Assembly (NCBI RefSeq): GCF_988243305.1
Contig: NZ_OZ547136.1
Length of the DNA stretch: 64,000 nucleotides
Reading direction: 5' to 3' (one strand)
Shown here: positions 1 to 10,607 of the stretch, piece by piece
How positions within the stretch are numbered: the first letter of the stretch is position 1
Layout of the letters: each line of letters starts with the position of its first letter
Translations under genes and position numbers: made by a program
Notes under the pieces: model-generated
Seen by the model: only the letters and a program-made list of their open reading frames with translations
Databases searched by the model: none
Told to the model about the DNA's origin: nothing

Positions 1-93
1 GAAAATAGCGTCTTTCTGCATGTTCATATCGTCGCGGTTCAGACATGAAGGGCTGTGAGAGATCAGAACATGAATATTGATAAAGTTAGACAT
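1..93 (-). CDS. casC: CasC/Cas7 (Cascade backbone subunit), N-terminal 31 codons only; gene continues beyond window start
   Basis: Reverse complement of 1-93 translates [31 protein letters not shown], the recalled CasC N-terminus; ATG at 93-91 lies 12 bp downstream of the casB stop. Confidence 0.8.
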
Positions 94-105
94 AGAAAGG
101 TTTCC

Positions 106-588
106 TTACGCATTTTTGTTTGTGGTCAATACAAAATCTTCCAGAAGTTGCTGGCGTTCGCGCTTTCCCCACCAGGTCAACATCCTGGCCATTAATGGCC
201 AGTCAAGTACGGGTTCGGCGTGAGTAAGTAATCGACGTAACTGGACCATATCGGCTGTTCTGTCAGCCCGAATTAATTGAAAGATACGGCGCTCGTTAAT
301 TCTTCCACTATTGGCTAAAGCTCTTCCCAACGAGATACCTGTTGTTTGCTCCGGTTTTTTGTCCTGATGTCGGATGACATTCTTTCCTGCGCTCAGGCAA
401 AACACCATGCGCAAAAGAGCCTGCTGGTGACGTGGGTTTTCCCAACCAAAAGGTTGCACCAACCGATAAAACGCAGGGATATCGCGTAATTCATCAGGTT
501 CTGAAACACGTCTAATTTGCGCACATGCTCCATTATCCAGTTGTTGCCAGGCTCGATATAAAGCCATTGCATCAATTTCATCAGCCAT
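106..588 (-). CDS. casB: CasB/Cse2, Cascade small subunit (160 aa)
   Basis: ORF track 106..588 (-), 160 aa, the recalled length of E. coli CasB; 8-bp overlap with casA end, typical operon coupling. Confidence 0.9.
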   Translation of the reverse strand: MADEIDAMALYRAWQQLDNGACAQIRRVSEPDELRDIPAFYRLVQPFGWENPRHQQALLRMVFCLSAGKNVIRHQDKKPEQTTGISLGRALANSGRINERRIFQLIRADRTADMVQLRRLLTHAEPVLDWPLMARMLTWWGKRERQQLLEDFVLTTNKNA

Positions 589-2089
589 TTGATGGCCCTC
601 CTTGCGGTTTTAACTCCCGTAAATGTTTGTATAGCGTGGCGCGGGCAAGCGCTAATGTGCTTATTAATTTAGGATGATGTGCATAGGGAGCTACAGATTG
701 ATTAAATAGCATTTCACACAATTGATGAAGTTTGTCTCGTAAATCAGCTATTACCTCATCAGCCTGGGAAAAATTAATTTTCGCCAATACATCTGGAATT
801 AATAATTCACTCTGTCGATAGAAATGCCTTTCTGCAGTCTCATGAACAGAGACTCCGGCCCCTTTGAAGTCTTTATTTTTAAACCCTTCTGCAAAGGTAT
901 ATAACGCCTTGCGTAAGGCTGTTTTATACCCCAAACCAACAGTCACTATTTCGTTTATAACATTGCCGTATTGTTGCCACCCCTGATTAAACATCAGCAC
1001 ATCATGACGTCGTTCAAGAATAGATGCTTGATTATTACGATATCCCCCCATAATCAATTCAAGAGGACTTTGCGGCGCAATATTTCTGAATTGATTCACA
1101 ACCGCCGCCACGCGATTTCCATTTTCATTTTGAATAATCTTATCTACCACAACTCGGCTGATTTGCGTCCATGATGGTGCGGAGGTGGTGAAAGCAAGAA
1201 ATTTTTCCTCAACCTTCCCTTTCTTGACTGTTACCAGACAAGGGGAATGCGGATGGGGCCATAGTCCATTAACTGTAAAGGTAAATTTTTCCTTAAGAAA
1301 ACCGGTATAACGCAAATTGCTTTCCTGTCCACAGCAAGAACATTTACCAATCCCAATGGGATCGCATAGTTCAATATGCGCTGGTTGCCAGAATAAACCA
1401 CGGACAAACCCAATTGACGAAGCTGGCACAGATTCATTGGGCTTGATAGGCTTAATCCAGGTAGGTTGGTTTTCCGTATGTAATTCATTGGGAAATTGTT
1501 TTTGAAGACGAGGTATTGTGAGGACATTGAGTAATACCGTCGAGCGAAGATCGATCCCACATACGAAGGTGGTTATAGGTGTTCCTCCACGTAAACCGCT
1601 TTTAAAGCCACCACCAAAACCAGGTGCCTGATTCGCCTGGTTGAATAACGCAATCGCAGTGCATCCACCACATAATGCTTCACCCTGCCCCGGTTGATTG
1701 ACAAATGCACAATTCGTCGCGCCGCTTACCCCAGCCAACAGTTTTTCCATTGGAGTCACATCATTTGCTTTGACACCTTTGGTCTGCATAAAGGGATGTT
1801 CTGCGTGATTAAGGTAGAACATATCTATCCACGGCGCGATGAGTTGTTGAAACTCATCTTCAGTGAGCGGATTCATTATGCGATGTCGAAATTCAACGTC
1901 ATCTTTTGCCGGGGCGATAATTTGTCCAATGCAAACCAGCAGTGCTAAAGCGGCCAGTTCCATATCGTCACGGGGCAAACTTAATCGCCACTGATCTCTA
2001 CTGCAGTATAGCGATTGCAGATTTAGGATTTGGACTTTCCCCCCGTTTCGCGGGCGTACAGGGATCCAGTTATCAATAAGCAAATTCAT
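581..2089 (-). CDS. casA: CasA/Cse1, Cascade large subunit (502 aa)
   Basis: ORF track 581..2089 (-), 502 aa starting MNLLIDNWIPVRPRNGGKVQILNLQSL; length and position between cas3 and casB fit type I-E. Confidence 0.9.
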   Translation of the reverse strand: MNLLIDNWIPVRPRNGGKVQILNLQSLYCSRDQWRLSLPRDDMELAALALLVCIGQIIAPAKDDVEFRHRIMNPLTEDEFQQLIAPWIDMFYLNHAEHPFMQTKGVKANDVTPMEKLLAGVSGATNCAFVNQPGQGEALCGGCTAIALFNQANQAPGFGGGFKSGLRGGTPITTFVCGIDLRSTVLLNVLTIPRLQKQFPNELHTENQPTWIKPIKPNESVPASSIGFVRGLFWQPAHIELCDPIGIGKCSCCGQESNLRYTGFLKEKFTFTVNGLWPHPHSPCLVTVKKGKVEEKFLAFTTSAPSWTQISRVVVDKIIQNENGNRVAAVVNQFRNIAPQSPLELIMGGYRNNQASILERRHDVLMFNQGWQQYGNVINEIVTVGLGYKTALRKALYTFAEGFKNKDFKGAGVSVHETAERHFYRQSELLIPDVLAKINFSQADEVIADLRDKLHQLCEMLFNQSVAPYAHHPKLISTLALARATLYKHLRELKPQGGPSNG

Positions 2090-2504
2090 TTGTTCTCCTT
2101 CATATGCTCCGACATTTCTCCTGCATTTCTATACGTCGGAACACTTCCGTTATCGGTAAAAACAAAGAAAAAATACGGCGTAATTAATTCAATAATCACA
2201 TTCACTGCAAAAATATATTCATTGGTTTAATACAATTAACCTATGCATATATTAAGATGTGTTGAATTGTTTAAAGACAATAATGCATGCATTTCAAATC
2301 TGCAAGTTATTCGTTTTATTATCAAAGAAATTTTTTAGTTATAATAATTACCATAAATTTTATTACATAAAATATTCATACTGTGAATATAAAATCTCAT
2401 ACCGGGAAATTAAAAGAAGATGTACATTGTGCACCTTCCCTACTTAAGTAGGGATAAACCGTTATTGGTCTTGTTATCGTCATTGATACCAATCATTCCC
2501 GAAG
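2090..2504. promoter_or_regulatory. AT-rich cas3-casA intergenic region, expected site of the Cascade operon promoter (H-NS silenced, LeuO activated in E. coli)
   Basis: About 415 bp of strongly AT-rich, curved-looking DNA (runs such as ttattatcaaagaaattttttagttataataattaccataaattttattacataaaatattcatactgtgaatataaaat) directly upstream of casA; promoter identity is from established knowledge of the locus, exact -10/-35 not determined. Confidence 0.5.
2436..2461 (+). repeat. Solitary CRISPR-repeat-like palindrome (TTCCCTACTTAAGTAGGGATAAACCG) 44 bp downstream of cas3 stop
   Basis: Shares 5-prime TTCCC and 3-prime GGGATAAACCG with the I-E repeat GAGTTCCCCGCGCCAGCGGGGATAAACCG; central 16-bp perfect palindrome CCCTACTTAAGTAGGG replaces the repeat stem. 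Confidence 0.45.
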
Positions 2505-5171
2505 TTATTTGGGATTTGCAGGGATGACTCTGGTCATCCCTTCATCCCGAGTGTAGGTAATAACAATATTATTACCCTGCCAGATCCATCCATCCTGATT
2601 CTGTTTCCCTTCCAGCCAAAGTAACCCATCTTCATCTACTACTTCAGAAAAACTACGTTTCCAGGTGAAGGGTACATTGACGCGATTAAGTGCTAACGCC
2701 TCATACTGCTGTTCATGACTTAGGTCCTCGTAGACCTGGCCATCGAGCAGTTGTTTACCTGAAGACGTTTGTACATAAGGCAATAATGGCAGGCTCATTT
2801 CCCCATCCCTCGTTACCGCAAGAATGGTTTCATCGTTATCCTGCAAGCTATATTCTTCAGCCCACTGCAGAACCTTACGAGCCTTGAACCTTTTTTCACA
2901 CTCGGCGCTTTCAAACTTATCCATGCCTTTGATGACCCATTCTGGCTCATCCATTTCCGCATCATCGTAAATGCTATCCAGCCATTGCCGGTAGGCATCA
3001 GGGAAAAATAAGGATGCTCCATTAAGTTCCTCAATATGTTGCTGCGTCCGCCACATGACTCTAACGTTGCTATAAATATGCTCATGTCGTCCGTAACCTT
3101 CGCCATCAGGCAGCAAAATGGTGGCAAGAGGAATCTCAAAACCAACGGGGCGATATTTACGATGATGGCGATGTAAACGGCCCAATCGTTGGAAAAGCAA
3201 ATCTGCGGGACAATGCTGAGTAATTAACCAATCAAAATCAACGTCGAGTGATTGTTCCACGACCTGTGTGGCAACAAGTATTCTTCCAACATTTCGCTCC
3301 CCATTTTTCCCAAAATTACTAATAACACGATTCTCTTTTTCACGGCGATCGTTCAGCGTAAAGCGCGCATGAAACAAATCTATATCTACTTGCGTGTTAT
3401 TTAGTTCCTTTAACCGTTGGTGGCATAGTTGTGCAACATCAACCAAATTGCAGATAAGACAGACTTGTGCACCCGCATTTGCCGCTGCGATCATTCGCTC
3501 TAACATCGTAAGGTCAGGTAACATGTCAGCTAAATAAATAGGTTCTGGCTGAATCGAAAAGCGGGGCGGGAGTTGTTCTGGATGAGCTAACAGATCAAAA
3601 CGTTGCGCACCATTCACACCTCGCCAGTTAATGAGTGGATATGCGGAGTTATTTTCCTCTGGATCTGTATGCAGACCATAAGTATCCAGAAGTTTCTGTT
3701 TTTGTTTCATTGGTAGAGTTGCGGAAAGAAGAATAACACTCCCCCCCACATCAGCCTGAGCCTTGAGCACAGCCTCCAGCAAGCCGTTCATATACGTGTC
3801 GTAAGCATGAACTTCATCAACAATTAAAACACTTCGACCAATTCCCAAACCACGGATAAAGCGGTGTTTAACTGGCAATACCGATATCAACACCTGATCA
3901 ATCGTGCAAACGCCTATTTGCCCAAGAAACACTTTCTTATTGCTTTGTGACAACCATTGGCAACACTGAACCCACGCTTCTTCTTGCCCCTGCTCAGTAA
4001 ATGCGCGTGATTTTATTGATTGAAAAAGGTGGTTAAAACGTGAATTACCATGAGCAAGAATAAGATTTGGGGAGGTAAATAAACGGCTCGCGTTCGCTTC
4101 CATTCTGCTGAGCATTGCATTTGCAGTAGCTTGTGTAGGGAGGGCAAAAATAACACTATCCGCAAGTTGTTGGTCAATAAGTTTCCAGGCATAGGCCAGC
4201 GCTGTTTCGGTTTTACCTGATCCCGTAGGTGCCTCAATCACCGTCAGCCCGGGAGCTGTAGGAAGAGCATCAACCAACACCTGTAATTGTCTTGGTTGAT
4301 AGCCATTGTCCAGTAAGGCATGTACGCCGTCATAACTACGCTTATTTGATACAAGGCCACTCAACTCAAGTACCCGACACGCATCCTGTTGTCTATCCTG
4401 AAAATATTTTCTTAGCGCTTGTATGCCTGAAGGTGCATCTTCTTTGAATAGAAAGGTATCCGTTGTGGTCCAGGAACCTAACCAGTCAGCAAGCGAGCAA
4501 AAACCTGCTAACAATGATGAACAATCAGGTGGTATATCGTTTATAGATAACCCGGCTGGTGTTAAAAATAATGCTTCGAGTACAGATATCCACTCCTCAC
4601 GAGCCTGTTTATCTTGCGCAGCATAAGATGCCAGAGAAGCTGGCATTTCCCAACGCGACTTATCTTGATCCTGGGAATGTAATATAAAACCATGATGTCC
4701 TGTAACGGCCTCTACCCAAGGAAACCAGGACTCATAAGGATGAGGAGCGGCATCAAAAAAACTGAAAAAATCCCCGGGAGATTGCTCTGAAAGTGAATCC
4801 TGGTTAAACCAATACAGACCGGCTGCACCATGATTAAATTTACGGCACATTTGTGTTGATGGACCATTAAGTGATGGCGTTGCAGGATTTAATTTCAGCC
4901 AACTTTCTGCTGATTTATATTGGAATCGTATATCAAACTTTCCGATATCATGAAGGGCAATGAAAAATAACAGCCAGGCTTTCACCTTCTGTTTTGATAG
5001 CATTTCATTTCGGCAAAAAGCATTTTGTAGTACGACTGATTGATCCCACCAGCAATCTGCAACAGCTGCAACATCCAGGCAATGATAAATCAACAGATGA
5101 ATATCATTTCCTTTCGTCAGGCTTTTTGAGGATTTCCCCCAGTAATGACATATATATTTAAAAGGTTCCAT
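2505..5171 (-). CDS. cas3: Cas3 HD-nuclease/SF2 helicase (888 aa)
   Basis: ORF 888 aa; HD motif (ALHDIGKFD), Walker A (APTGSGKTE) and DEVH box (VDEVHAYD) visible in translation. Confidence 0.95.
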   Translation of the reverse strand: MEPFKYICHYWGKSSKSLTKGNDIHLLIYHCLDVAAVADCWWDQSVVLQNAFCRNEMLSKQKVKAWLLFFIALHDIGKFDIRFQYKSAESWLKLNPATPSLNGPSTQMCRKFNHGAAGLYWFNQDSLSEQSPGDFFSFFDAAPHPYESWFPWVEAVTGHHGFILHSQDQDKSRWEMPASLASYAAQDKQAREEWISVLEALFLTPAGLSINDIPPDCSSLLAGFCSLADWLGSWTTTDTFLFKEDAPSGIQALRKYFQDRQQDACRVLELSGLVSNKRSYDGVHALLDNGYQPRQLQVLVDALPTAPGLTVIEAPTGSGKTETALAYAWKLIDQQLADSVIFALPTQATANAMLSRMEANASRLFTSPNLILAHGNSRFNHLFQSIKSRAFTEQGQEEAWVQCCQWLSQSNKKVFLGQIGVCTIDQVLISVLPVKHRFIRGLGIGRSVLIVDEVHAYDTYMNGLLEAVLKAQADVGGSVILLSATLPMKQKQKLLDTYGLHTDPEENNSAYPLINWRGVNGAQRFDLLAHPEQLPPRFSIQPEPIYLADMLPDLTMLERMIAAANAGAQVCLICNLVDVAQLCHQRLKELNNTQVDIDLFHARFTLNDRREKENRVISNFGKNGERNVGRILVATQVVEQSLDVDFDWLITQHCPADLLFQRLGRLHRHHRKYRPVGFEIPLATILLPDGEGYGRHEHIYSNVRVMWRTQQHIEELNGASLFFPDAYRQWLDSIYDDAEMDEPEWVIKGMDKFESAECEKRFKARKVLQWAEEYSLQDNDETILAVTRDGEMSLPLLPYVQTSSGKQLLDGQVYEDLSHEQQYEALALNRVNVPFTWKRSFSEVVDEDGLLWLEGKQNQDGWIWQGNNIVITYTRDEGMTRVIPANPK

Positions 5172-5470
5172 TAATAGCCTCCCTGTTTTTTTAGTATTAT
5201 CGATGATATCAGTGGACTATTTTTCGATGCTGCTCATAAATATCGAATTACAGTGATATACACATGTCTTGCCTCCCTGCAAAGAAGAGACTAACATTCG
5301 AATTGCTTAGGTTCGAACGCTGGCCTCAGGTTGATAGAAATATCGCCTGGGGCTTTTGTCCATCTGGAACCTCGCGAATGCTTAACGCCAGACAGCCTCA
5401 AGCACCCAACGCCATTCTATACCTGATAATTCTTCCAGCGGCGTTCACGTTTAAAATCAGGAATGCTGCT

Positions 5471-5512
5471 CGCAAAATAAAAACGCCCCCATCATTTCTG
5501 ACAGAGGCGTTT
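5471..5512 (-). terminator. Putative rho-independent terminator downstream of cysH
   Basis: Inverted repeat aaacgcc...ggcgttt followed on the minus strand by a U-rich run (plus strand cgcaaaataaaa); located just past cysH stop. Confidence 0.4.
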
Positions 5513-5529
5513 AATTTATCCGGCAATAT

Positions 5530-6264
5530 TTACCCTTCGTGTAACCCACATTCTCTTTTTAAGCCAAAGAAACGCGTTTCTTCTTCCGCCATGCCGGGTT
5601 CCCATTTACGGGTTGTATGGGTATCACCGACCGATAAATATCCTTCATCCCATAATGGGTGATATTTCAGGCCATGTTTTTGCAGGTACTGATAAATAGT
5701 TCGGTTATCCCAGTCGATAATCGGCAGCACTTTAAATACGCCACGCTGAATTGCCAGCACCGGTAAATTGGCGCGGCTGCCGGATTGTTCACGGCGCAGG
5801 CCAGCAAACCAGGTTTGCGCATTCAGTTCTTTCAGCGCCCGGTTCATCGGTTCGACTTTGTTGATGTCATTGTACTTTTCAATGCCTTCAACGCCCTGCT
5901 CCCATAGTTTACCGTAGCGTGCTTCCTGCCAGGCGGCGCTTTCGGTAGCGCGGTACACTTTCAGGTTGAGCTTGAGTTTGTCCGTTAACTCGTCAATAAA
6001 GCGGTAGGTTTCCGGGAACAAGTAACCCGTATCGGTGAGGATCACTGGAATATCCGGGCGAATCTGATTCACCAGATGCAGGCTCACCGCCGCCTGAATG
6101 CCAAAGCTGGAAGAAAGTACATATTCACCGGGCAGATTATCCAGCGCCCAGGCAACGCGGCCTTCAGCGTCCAGTTTTTCCAGTTCGGCGTTAGTTTCCG
6201 CCAGCGCCAGAATGCGATCTACCTTCGGCAGTTCGTTCAGGGCGTTTAGATCGAGTTTGGACAT
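5530..6264 (-). CDS. cysH: Phosphoadenosine phosphosulfate (PAPS) reductase (244 aa)
   Basis: Internal Met of ORF 5530..6417 gives [23 protein letters not shown]..., 244 aa; the longer ORF start would run through the REP element, so the shorter start is used. Confidence 0.92.
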   Translation of the reverse strand: MSKLDLNALNELPKVDRILALAETNAELEKLDAEGRVAWALDNLPGEYVLSSSFGIQAAVSLHLVNQIRPDIPVILTDTGYLFPETYRFIDELTDKLKLNLKVYRATESAAWQEARYGKLWEQGVEGIEKYNDINKVEPMNRALKELNAQTWFAGLRREQSGSRANLPVLAIQRGVFKVLPIIDWDNRTIYQYLQKHGLKYHPLWDEGYLSVGDTHTTRKWEPGMAEEETRFFGLKRECGLHEG

Positions 6265-6280
6265 AAGTTCCTCACAGTTT

Positions 6281-6324
6281 GCCTTGCCTGATGCGACGCT
6301 CACGCGTCTTATCAGGCCTACAAG
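6281..6324. repeat. REP (repetitive extragenic palindromic) element between cysI and cysH
   Basis: gccttgcctgatgcgacgctcacgcgtcttatcaggcctacaag: classic REP imperfect palindrome. Confidence 0.6.
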
Positions 6325-6337
6325 ACCGGGCTGATGG

Positions 6338-8050
6338 TTAATCCCACAAATCGCGCGCCGGATCGAGCACCGGGCGAATGATGCCCGCACGCACCGTAAA
6401 GTCGCCGAAGCCTTCACCCGCTTCGCGCTCTTTCGCCCACCGCCCTATCAGTTCATCAAGCGACGCCAGGATTTCCGACTCGGTGATGTTTTCTTTATAC
6501 ATCCGTGGGATACGTGTCCCAATGCGGTTGCCGCCAAGATGCAGGTTGTAGCGACCCGGCGCTTTACCCACCAGGCCCACTTCCGCCAGCATCGCGCGAC
6601 CACAACCGTTCGGGCAGCCTGTTACACGCATCACGATATGCTCATCGCTGACACTATGTTTCGCCATTAAATTATCGATGTTGTCGATAAAAGACGGCAG
6701 GAAACGCTCCGCTTCCGCCATCGCCAGCGGGCAAGTCGGGAATGACACGCAGGCCATTGAGTTTTCACGCTGTGGCGTGACGGCATTCATTAACCCGCTC
6801 TCTTTGGCGATCTTCTCGATCTTCGCTTTCTCGCTTTCCGGTACACCCGCGATGATAAGATTCTGGTTCGCCGTAATGCGGAAATCACCTTTGTGGATCT
6901 TCGCGATCTCCAGCAGGCCAGTTTTCAGCGGACGCCCCGGATAATCAAGGATGCGTCCATTTTCGATAAACAGCGTCAGGTGCCAGTTATCATCAATACC
7001 TTTAACCCAGCCAATACGATCGCCGCGTCCGGTAAACTCATACGGACGAATCGGTTCAAATTTGATCCCCGCGCGACGCTCCACTTCCGCTTTAAACGTC
7101 TCAACCCCCACGCGCTCCAGCGTGTATTTGGTTTTGGCATTTTTACGATCGGTTCGGTTACCCCAGTCACGCTGAGTTGTCACGACGGCTTCCGCCACCG
7201 CCAGCGTATGCTCCAGCGGCAGATAACCAAACTCACTCGCCGTGCGGGCGTAGGTTTTCTTGTTGCCGTGTTCGATGGAAAGCCCACCGCCCACCAGCAG
7301 GTTAAAGCCAACCAGCTTGCCGTTTTCGGCGATTGCCACGAAGTTCATGTCGTTGGCATGCAGATCGATATCGTTCTGCGGCGGGATCACTACCGTGGTT
7401 TTGAATTTACGCGGCAAATAAGTCTGACCGAGGATCGGTTCTTCATCGGTGGTGGCGACTTTTTCCTGATCGAGCCAGATCTCCGCATACGCGCGGGTAC
7501 GTGGCAGCAGATGTTCAGAGATTTTCTTCGCCCATTCATATGCTTCCGCGTGCAACTGCGACTCGTAAGGGTTCGAGGTGCAGAGTACGTTACGGTTCAT
7601 GTCGTTAGCAGTCGCCAGCGCATCAAGACCGACCGAGTGCAGCATCTGGTGCACCGGTTTGACGTTCTTTTTCAGAATGCCGTGGAACTGGAACGTCTGG
7701 CGGTTGGTCAGGCGAATGCTGCCATAAATGGTGTTTTCACCGGCAAATTTATCGATCGCCTGCCACTGTTTGGTGGTGATCACGCCACCCGGCAGACGGC
7801 AGCGCAACAGCATCGCGTGGCGCGGCTCCAGCTTCTGTTCAGCACGTCCGGCGCGAATGTCGCGGTCATCCTGTTGATACATGCCGTGGAAGCGGATCAG
7901 CAGAAAGTTATCGCCCTTAAAGCCGCCGGTCAGACCGTCGTTTAAATCTTCCGCAATGGTGCCGCGCAGGTAGTTGCTTTCAAGCTTCATGCGCTCGGCG
8001 TCTGTCAGTTTTCCTTCGACCACTAAAGGCCCTGGATGTTTTTCGCTCAT
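6338..8050 (-). CDS. cysI: Sulfite reductase hemoprotein beta subunit (570 aa)
   Basis: 570 aa ORF, C-terminal siroheme/4Fe-4S region ([18 protein letters not shown]...TGCPNGCGR); directly downstream of cysJ with 1-bp overlap. Confidence 0.95.
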   Translation of the reverse strand: MSEKHPGPLVVEGKLTDAERMKLESNYLRGTIAEDLNDGLTGGFKGDNFLLIRFHGMYQQDDRDIRAGRAEQKLEPRHAMLLRCRLPGGVITTKQWQAIDKFAGENTIYGSIRLTNRQTFQFHGILKKNVKPVHQMLHSVGLDALATANDMNRNVLCTSNPYESQLHAEAYEWAKKISEHLLPRTRAYAEIWLDQEKVATTDEEPILGQTYLPRKFKTTVVIPPQNDIDLHANDMNFVAIAENGKLVGFNLLVGGGLSIEHGNKKTYARTASEFGYLPLEHTLAVAEAVVTTQRDWGNRTDRKNAKTKYTLERVGVETFKAEVERRAGIKFEPIRPYEFTGRGDRIGWVKGIDDNWHLTLFIENGRILDYPGRPLKTGLLEIAKIHKGDFRITANQNLIIAGVPESEKAKIEKIAKESGLMNAVTPQRENSMACVSFPTCPLAMAEAERFLPSFIDNIDNLMAKHSVSDEHIVMRVTGCPNGCGRAMLAEVGLVGKAPGRYNLHLGGNRIGTRIPRMYKENITESEILASLDELIGRWAKEREAGEGFGDFTVRAGIIRPVLDPARDLWD

Positions 8051-9849
8051 TAGTAGACATCTCGCTGATAACGGCGCTCTACGCGCAGCTCACTTAAAAA
8101 TTCATCCGCCGCTTCGGTGTCCATGCCACCAAATTCGGCAATCACTTCCAGAAGTGCCTGCTCAACATCTTTCGCCATGCGATTAGCGTCGCCGCAGACA
8201 TAAATGTGGGCACCGTCATTGATCCAGCGCCACAGCTCCGCGCCCTGTTCGCGCAGTTTGTCTTGTACATAAACTTTTTCTTTTTGGTCGCGCGACCAGG
8301 CAAGATCGATGCGGCTCAATACGCCTTCTTTCACGTAGCGCTGCCACTCCACCTGGTAGAGGAAATCTTCCGTAAAGTGCGGGTTGCCAAAGAACAACCA
8401 GTTTTTACCCGGCGCTTCGTCAGCGGCGCGCTGCTGCATAAAGGCGCGGAACGGCGCGATGCCGGTGCCTGGGCCAATCATAATCACCGGGGTTTCTGGG
8501 TTGGCTGGCAGGCGGAAGTTGTCGTTATGTTCGATAAATACGCGGACTTCGCCCTCTTCTTCCACGCGGTCCGCGAGGAAGCTGGAGGCACCACCGGCAC
8601 GGGCGCGGCCTTCCACGTCGTAACGCACCACACCAACGGTAACGTGCACTTCGTTCTCGACTTCCGCCTGCGAGGAGGCGATGGAATACAGGCGCGGGGT
8701 CAGCGGGCGCAACAGGTTAATCAGCGCTTCGGCATCCAGTTGCGCCGGAGAGAAACGCACCATGTCGACAATCGGCGTGGTCGCGGCGTAATGCTGTAAC
8801 TTCGCTTTATCGCCCACCAGCGGCAGCAGCGTTTCGCTGCGGGTAAGCGTGGCATAGTTCTCAACAATGTTGGCGGTGTTGACGGTCAGTTCGAAGTGCC
8901 ACTGTAGCGCTTCGTTCAGAGGCAACGTTTTGCCCTCGACGGTGACAGGTTCATCACCTTTCAGCCACAGCAGTTCGACAAGTTCTTTCACCAGTGCCGG
9001 ATCGTTCTGATACCAGACGCCCAGCGCGTCACCCGGCTGGTAACGCAGGCCCGAGTCACCTAAGTCAATTTCGATATGGCGAACGTCTTTTTCAGAGTTA
9101 CGCCCGGTAATTTTCTGGTTAACAGAGAGGCTCGCCACCAGCGGCGCGTCTTTGCTGTACGGGCTGGTGTGGATTTCATTTACCGCGCCAGTAGCGACGG
9201 ATTGCGAAGGTGCCGCGACAGGCGCACGCGATTTAAGCGCATCAACCACGCGGGCGCGCCACTCGATGGCAGCAGCCTGGTATTCAACGTCGGCATCGAC
9301 ACGGTCGAGCAGGCGTTCACCGCCCAGTTCCGCCAGCTTGCTGTCAAAATCTTTCCCGGACTGGCAGAAAAATTCATAAGAGCTATCGCCGAGGCTAAAC
9401 ACGGCAAATGCGGTGTTTTCCAGCTTCGGCGCTTTTTTGGAGAACAGGAACTTATGCAGCGCGACGGCTTCTTCCGGCGGTTCCCCTTCTCCTTGCGTTG
9501 ACGTCACCACGATAAGCAGTTTTTCGCTGGCGATTTGTTTGAATTTATAGTCGCCCGCGTTCACCAGCTTAACGTTCAGTTTTGCCGCCAATAAATCATC
9601 GCGTAACGCTTCAGCAACCCGGCGCGCATTGCCGGTTTGTGAAGCGGAGATAATAGTTATACCCGGCATTTCTGCGGCGGGCGCTGGCGTCGCTGCAAGC
9701 GCAGCTGGCTGCTGGTTGAGCACGCCCCAGAAATAGCCAGAAACCCAGGCAAGCTGGGTGGGAGTTAAATCGGTCGTGGCCGCCTGAAGGCGTGCCAGTT
9801 GCTCCGGGTTCAACGGAAGCAACGCGGAAGGTGGGACCTGTGTCGTCAT
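8050..9849 (-). CDS. cysJ: Sulfite reductase flavoprotein alpha subunit (599 aa)
   Basis: 599 aa ORF with flavodoxin-like N-terminal and FAD/NADPH reductase C-terminal regions; ends ...RYQRDVY. Confidence 0.95.
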   Translation of the reverse strand: MTTQVPPSALLPLNPEQLARLQAATTDLTPTQLAWVSGYFWGVLNQQPAALAATPAPAAEMPGITIISASQTGNARRVAEALRDDLLAAKLNVKLVNAGDYKFKQIASEKLLIVVTSTQGEGEPPEEAVALHKFLFSKKAPKLENTAFAVFSLGDSSYEFFCQSGKDFDSKLAELGGERLLDRVDADVEYQAAAIEWRARVVDALKSRAPVAAPSQSVATGAVNEIHTSPYSKDAPLVASLSVNQKITGRNSEKDVRHIEIDLGDSGLRYQPGDALGVWYQNDPALVKELVELLWLKGDEPVTVEGKTLPLNEALQWHFELTVNTANIVENYATLTRSETLLPLVGDKAKLQHYAATTPIVDMVRFSPAQLDAEALINLLRPLTPRLYSIASSQAEVENEVHVTVGVVRYDVEGRARAGGASSFLADRVEEEGEVRVFIEHNDNFRLPANPETPVIMIGPGTGIAPFRAFMQQRAADEAPGKNWLFFGNPHFTEDFLYQVEWQRYVKEGVLSRIDLAWSRDQKEKVYVQDKLREQGAELWRWINDGAHIYVCGDANRMAKDVEQALLEVIAEFGGMDTEAADEFLSELRVERRYQRDVY

Positions 9850-10164
9850 GCGTCGTTATGTTCCAGTAAGCAAAGCTGTTTCTGCGCCCTGTCAGCGCCC
9901 ATAAAACAGAAGAGAAGGTAAGGTTAACGGGGTGAACGGTGTGGATTAAAGACGGGATAGCGATAACTAATAACCAAATCGACTAACCTGTTTTAGCAAT
10001 AGTCTTTAACAACAAAATAGATTAACCAACCCAATGAAAAACAAATGAATTTAGCCAATCATTAAGATAAATCAGCGATTTTGCGCAACAAAGTCGTTTT
10101 AGATAATGCGAAAAAACAGCCTTTCCGGTACTCTACGGCGGTTTTATCGTCCTGTAGAGAAATT
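9850..10164. promoter_or_regulatory. cysJIH promoter / queD upstream region (CysB-regulated cysJ promoter expected here)
   Basis: Intergenic, AT-rich, immediately upstream of cysJ on the minus strand and queD on the plus strand; specific CysB sites not resolved by eye. Confidence 0.4.
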
Positions 10165-10530
10165 ATGATGTCCACCACGTTATTTAAAGATTTCACCTTC
10201 GAAGCCGCTCACCGCTTACCACACGTCCCGGAAGGACATAAATGTGGTCGCCTGCACGGGCATTCCTTTATGGTGCGACTGGAAATTACCGGGGAAGTCG
10301 ATCCGCATACGGGCTGGATTATCGATTTCGCTGAACTGAAAGCGGCGTTTAAGCCAACTTATGAGCGCCTCGATCACCATTATCTCAATGATATTCCAGG
10401 TCTGGAAAACCCAACCAGCGAAGTTTTAGCAAAATGGATTTGGGATCAGGTTAAACCCGTTGTGCCGCTGTTAAGTGCGGTGATGGTAAAAGAAACCTGT
10501 ACTGCAGGCTGTATCTATCGCGGCGAATGA
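10165..10530 (+). CDS. queD: 6-carboxy-5,6,7,8-tetrahydropterin synthase (121 aa)
   Basis: Internal Met of ORF 10081..10530 gives [35 protein letters not shown]..., the PTPS/QueD Zn-binding motif; 121 aa. Confidence 0.9.
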   Translation: MMSTTLFKDFTFEAAHRLPHVPEGHKCGRLHGHSFMVRLEITGEVDPHTGWIIDFAELKAAFKPTYERLDHHYLNDIPGLENPTSEVLAKWIWDQVKPVVPLLSAVMVKETCTAGCIYRGE

Positions 10531-10607
10531 TAAGAGTGTGTCGGCGGTCAATTTCCCTTAAGTAACGCTATGTTAGGGTGTTGTGTTCTGGATATCTGAG
10601 GCATGAC

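Noticed and set aside
5172-5529. Possible hok/sok-like toxin-antisense locus in the cas3-cysH intergenic region, and the 132-aa plus-strand ORF 5264..5662
   Set aside because: No Hok-like small hydrophobic ORF was found by manual translation; the 132-aa ORF overlaps the cysH 3-prime end and terminator and has no recognisable features.
6893-7945. 350-aa plus-strand ORF antisense to cysI
   Set aside because: Lies wholly within cysI on the opposite strand; Arg/Phe-rich shadow-ORF composition, no start context.
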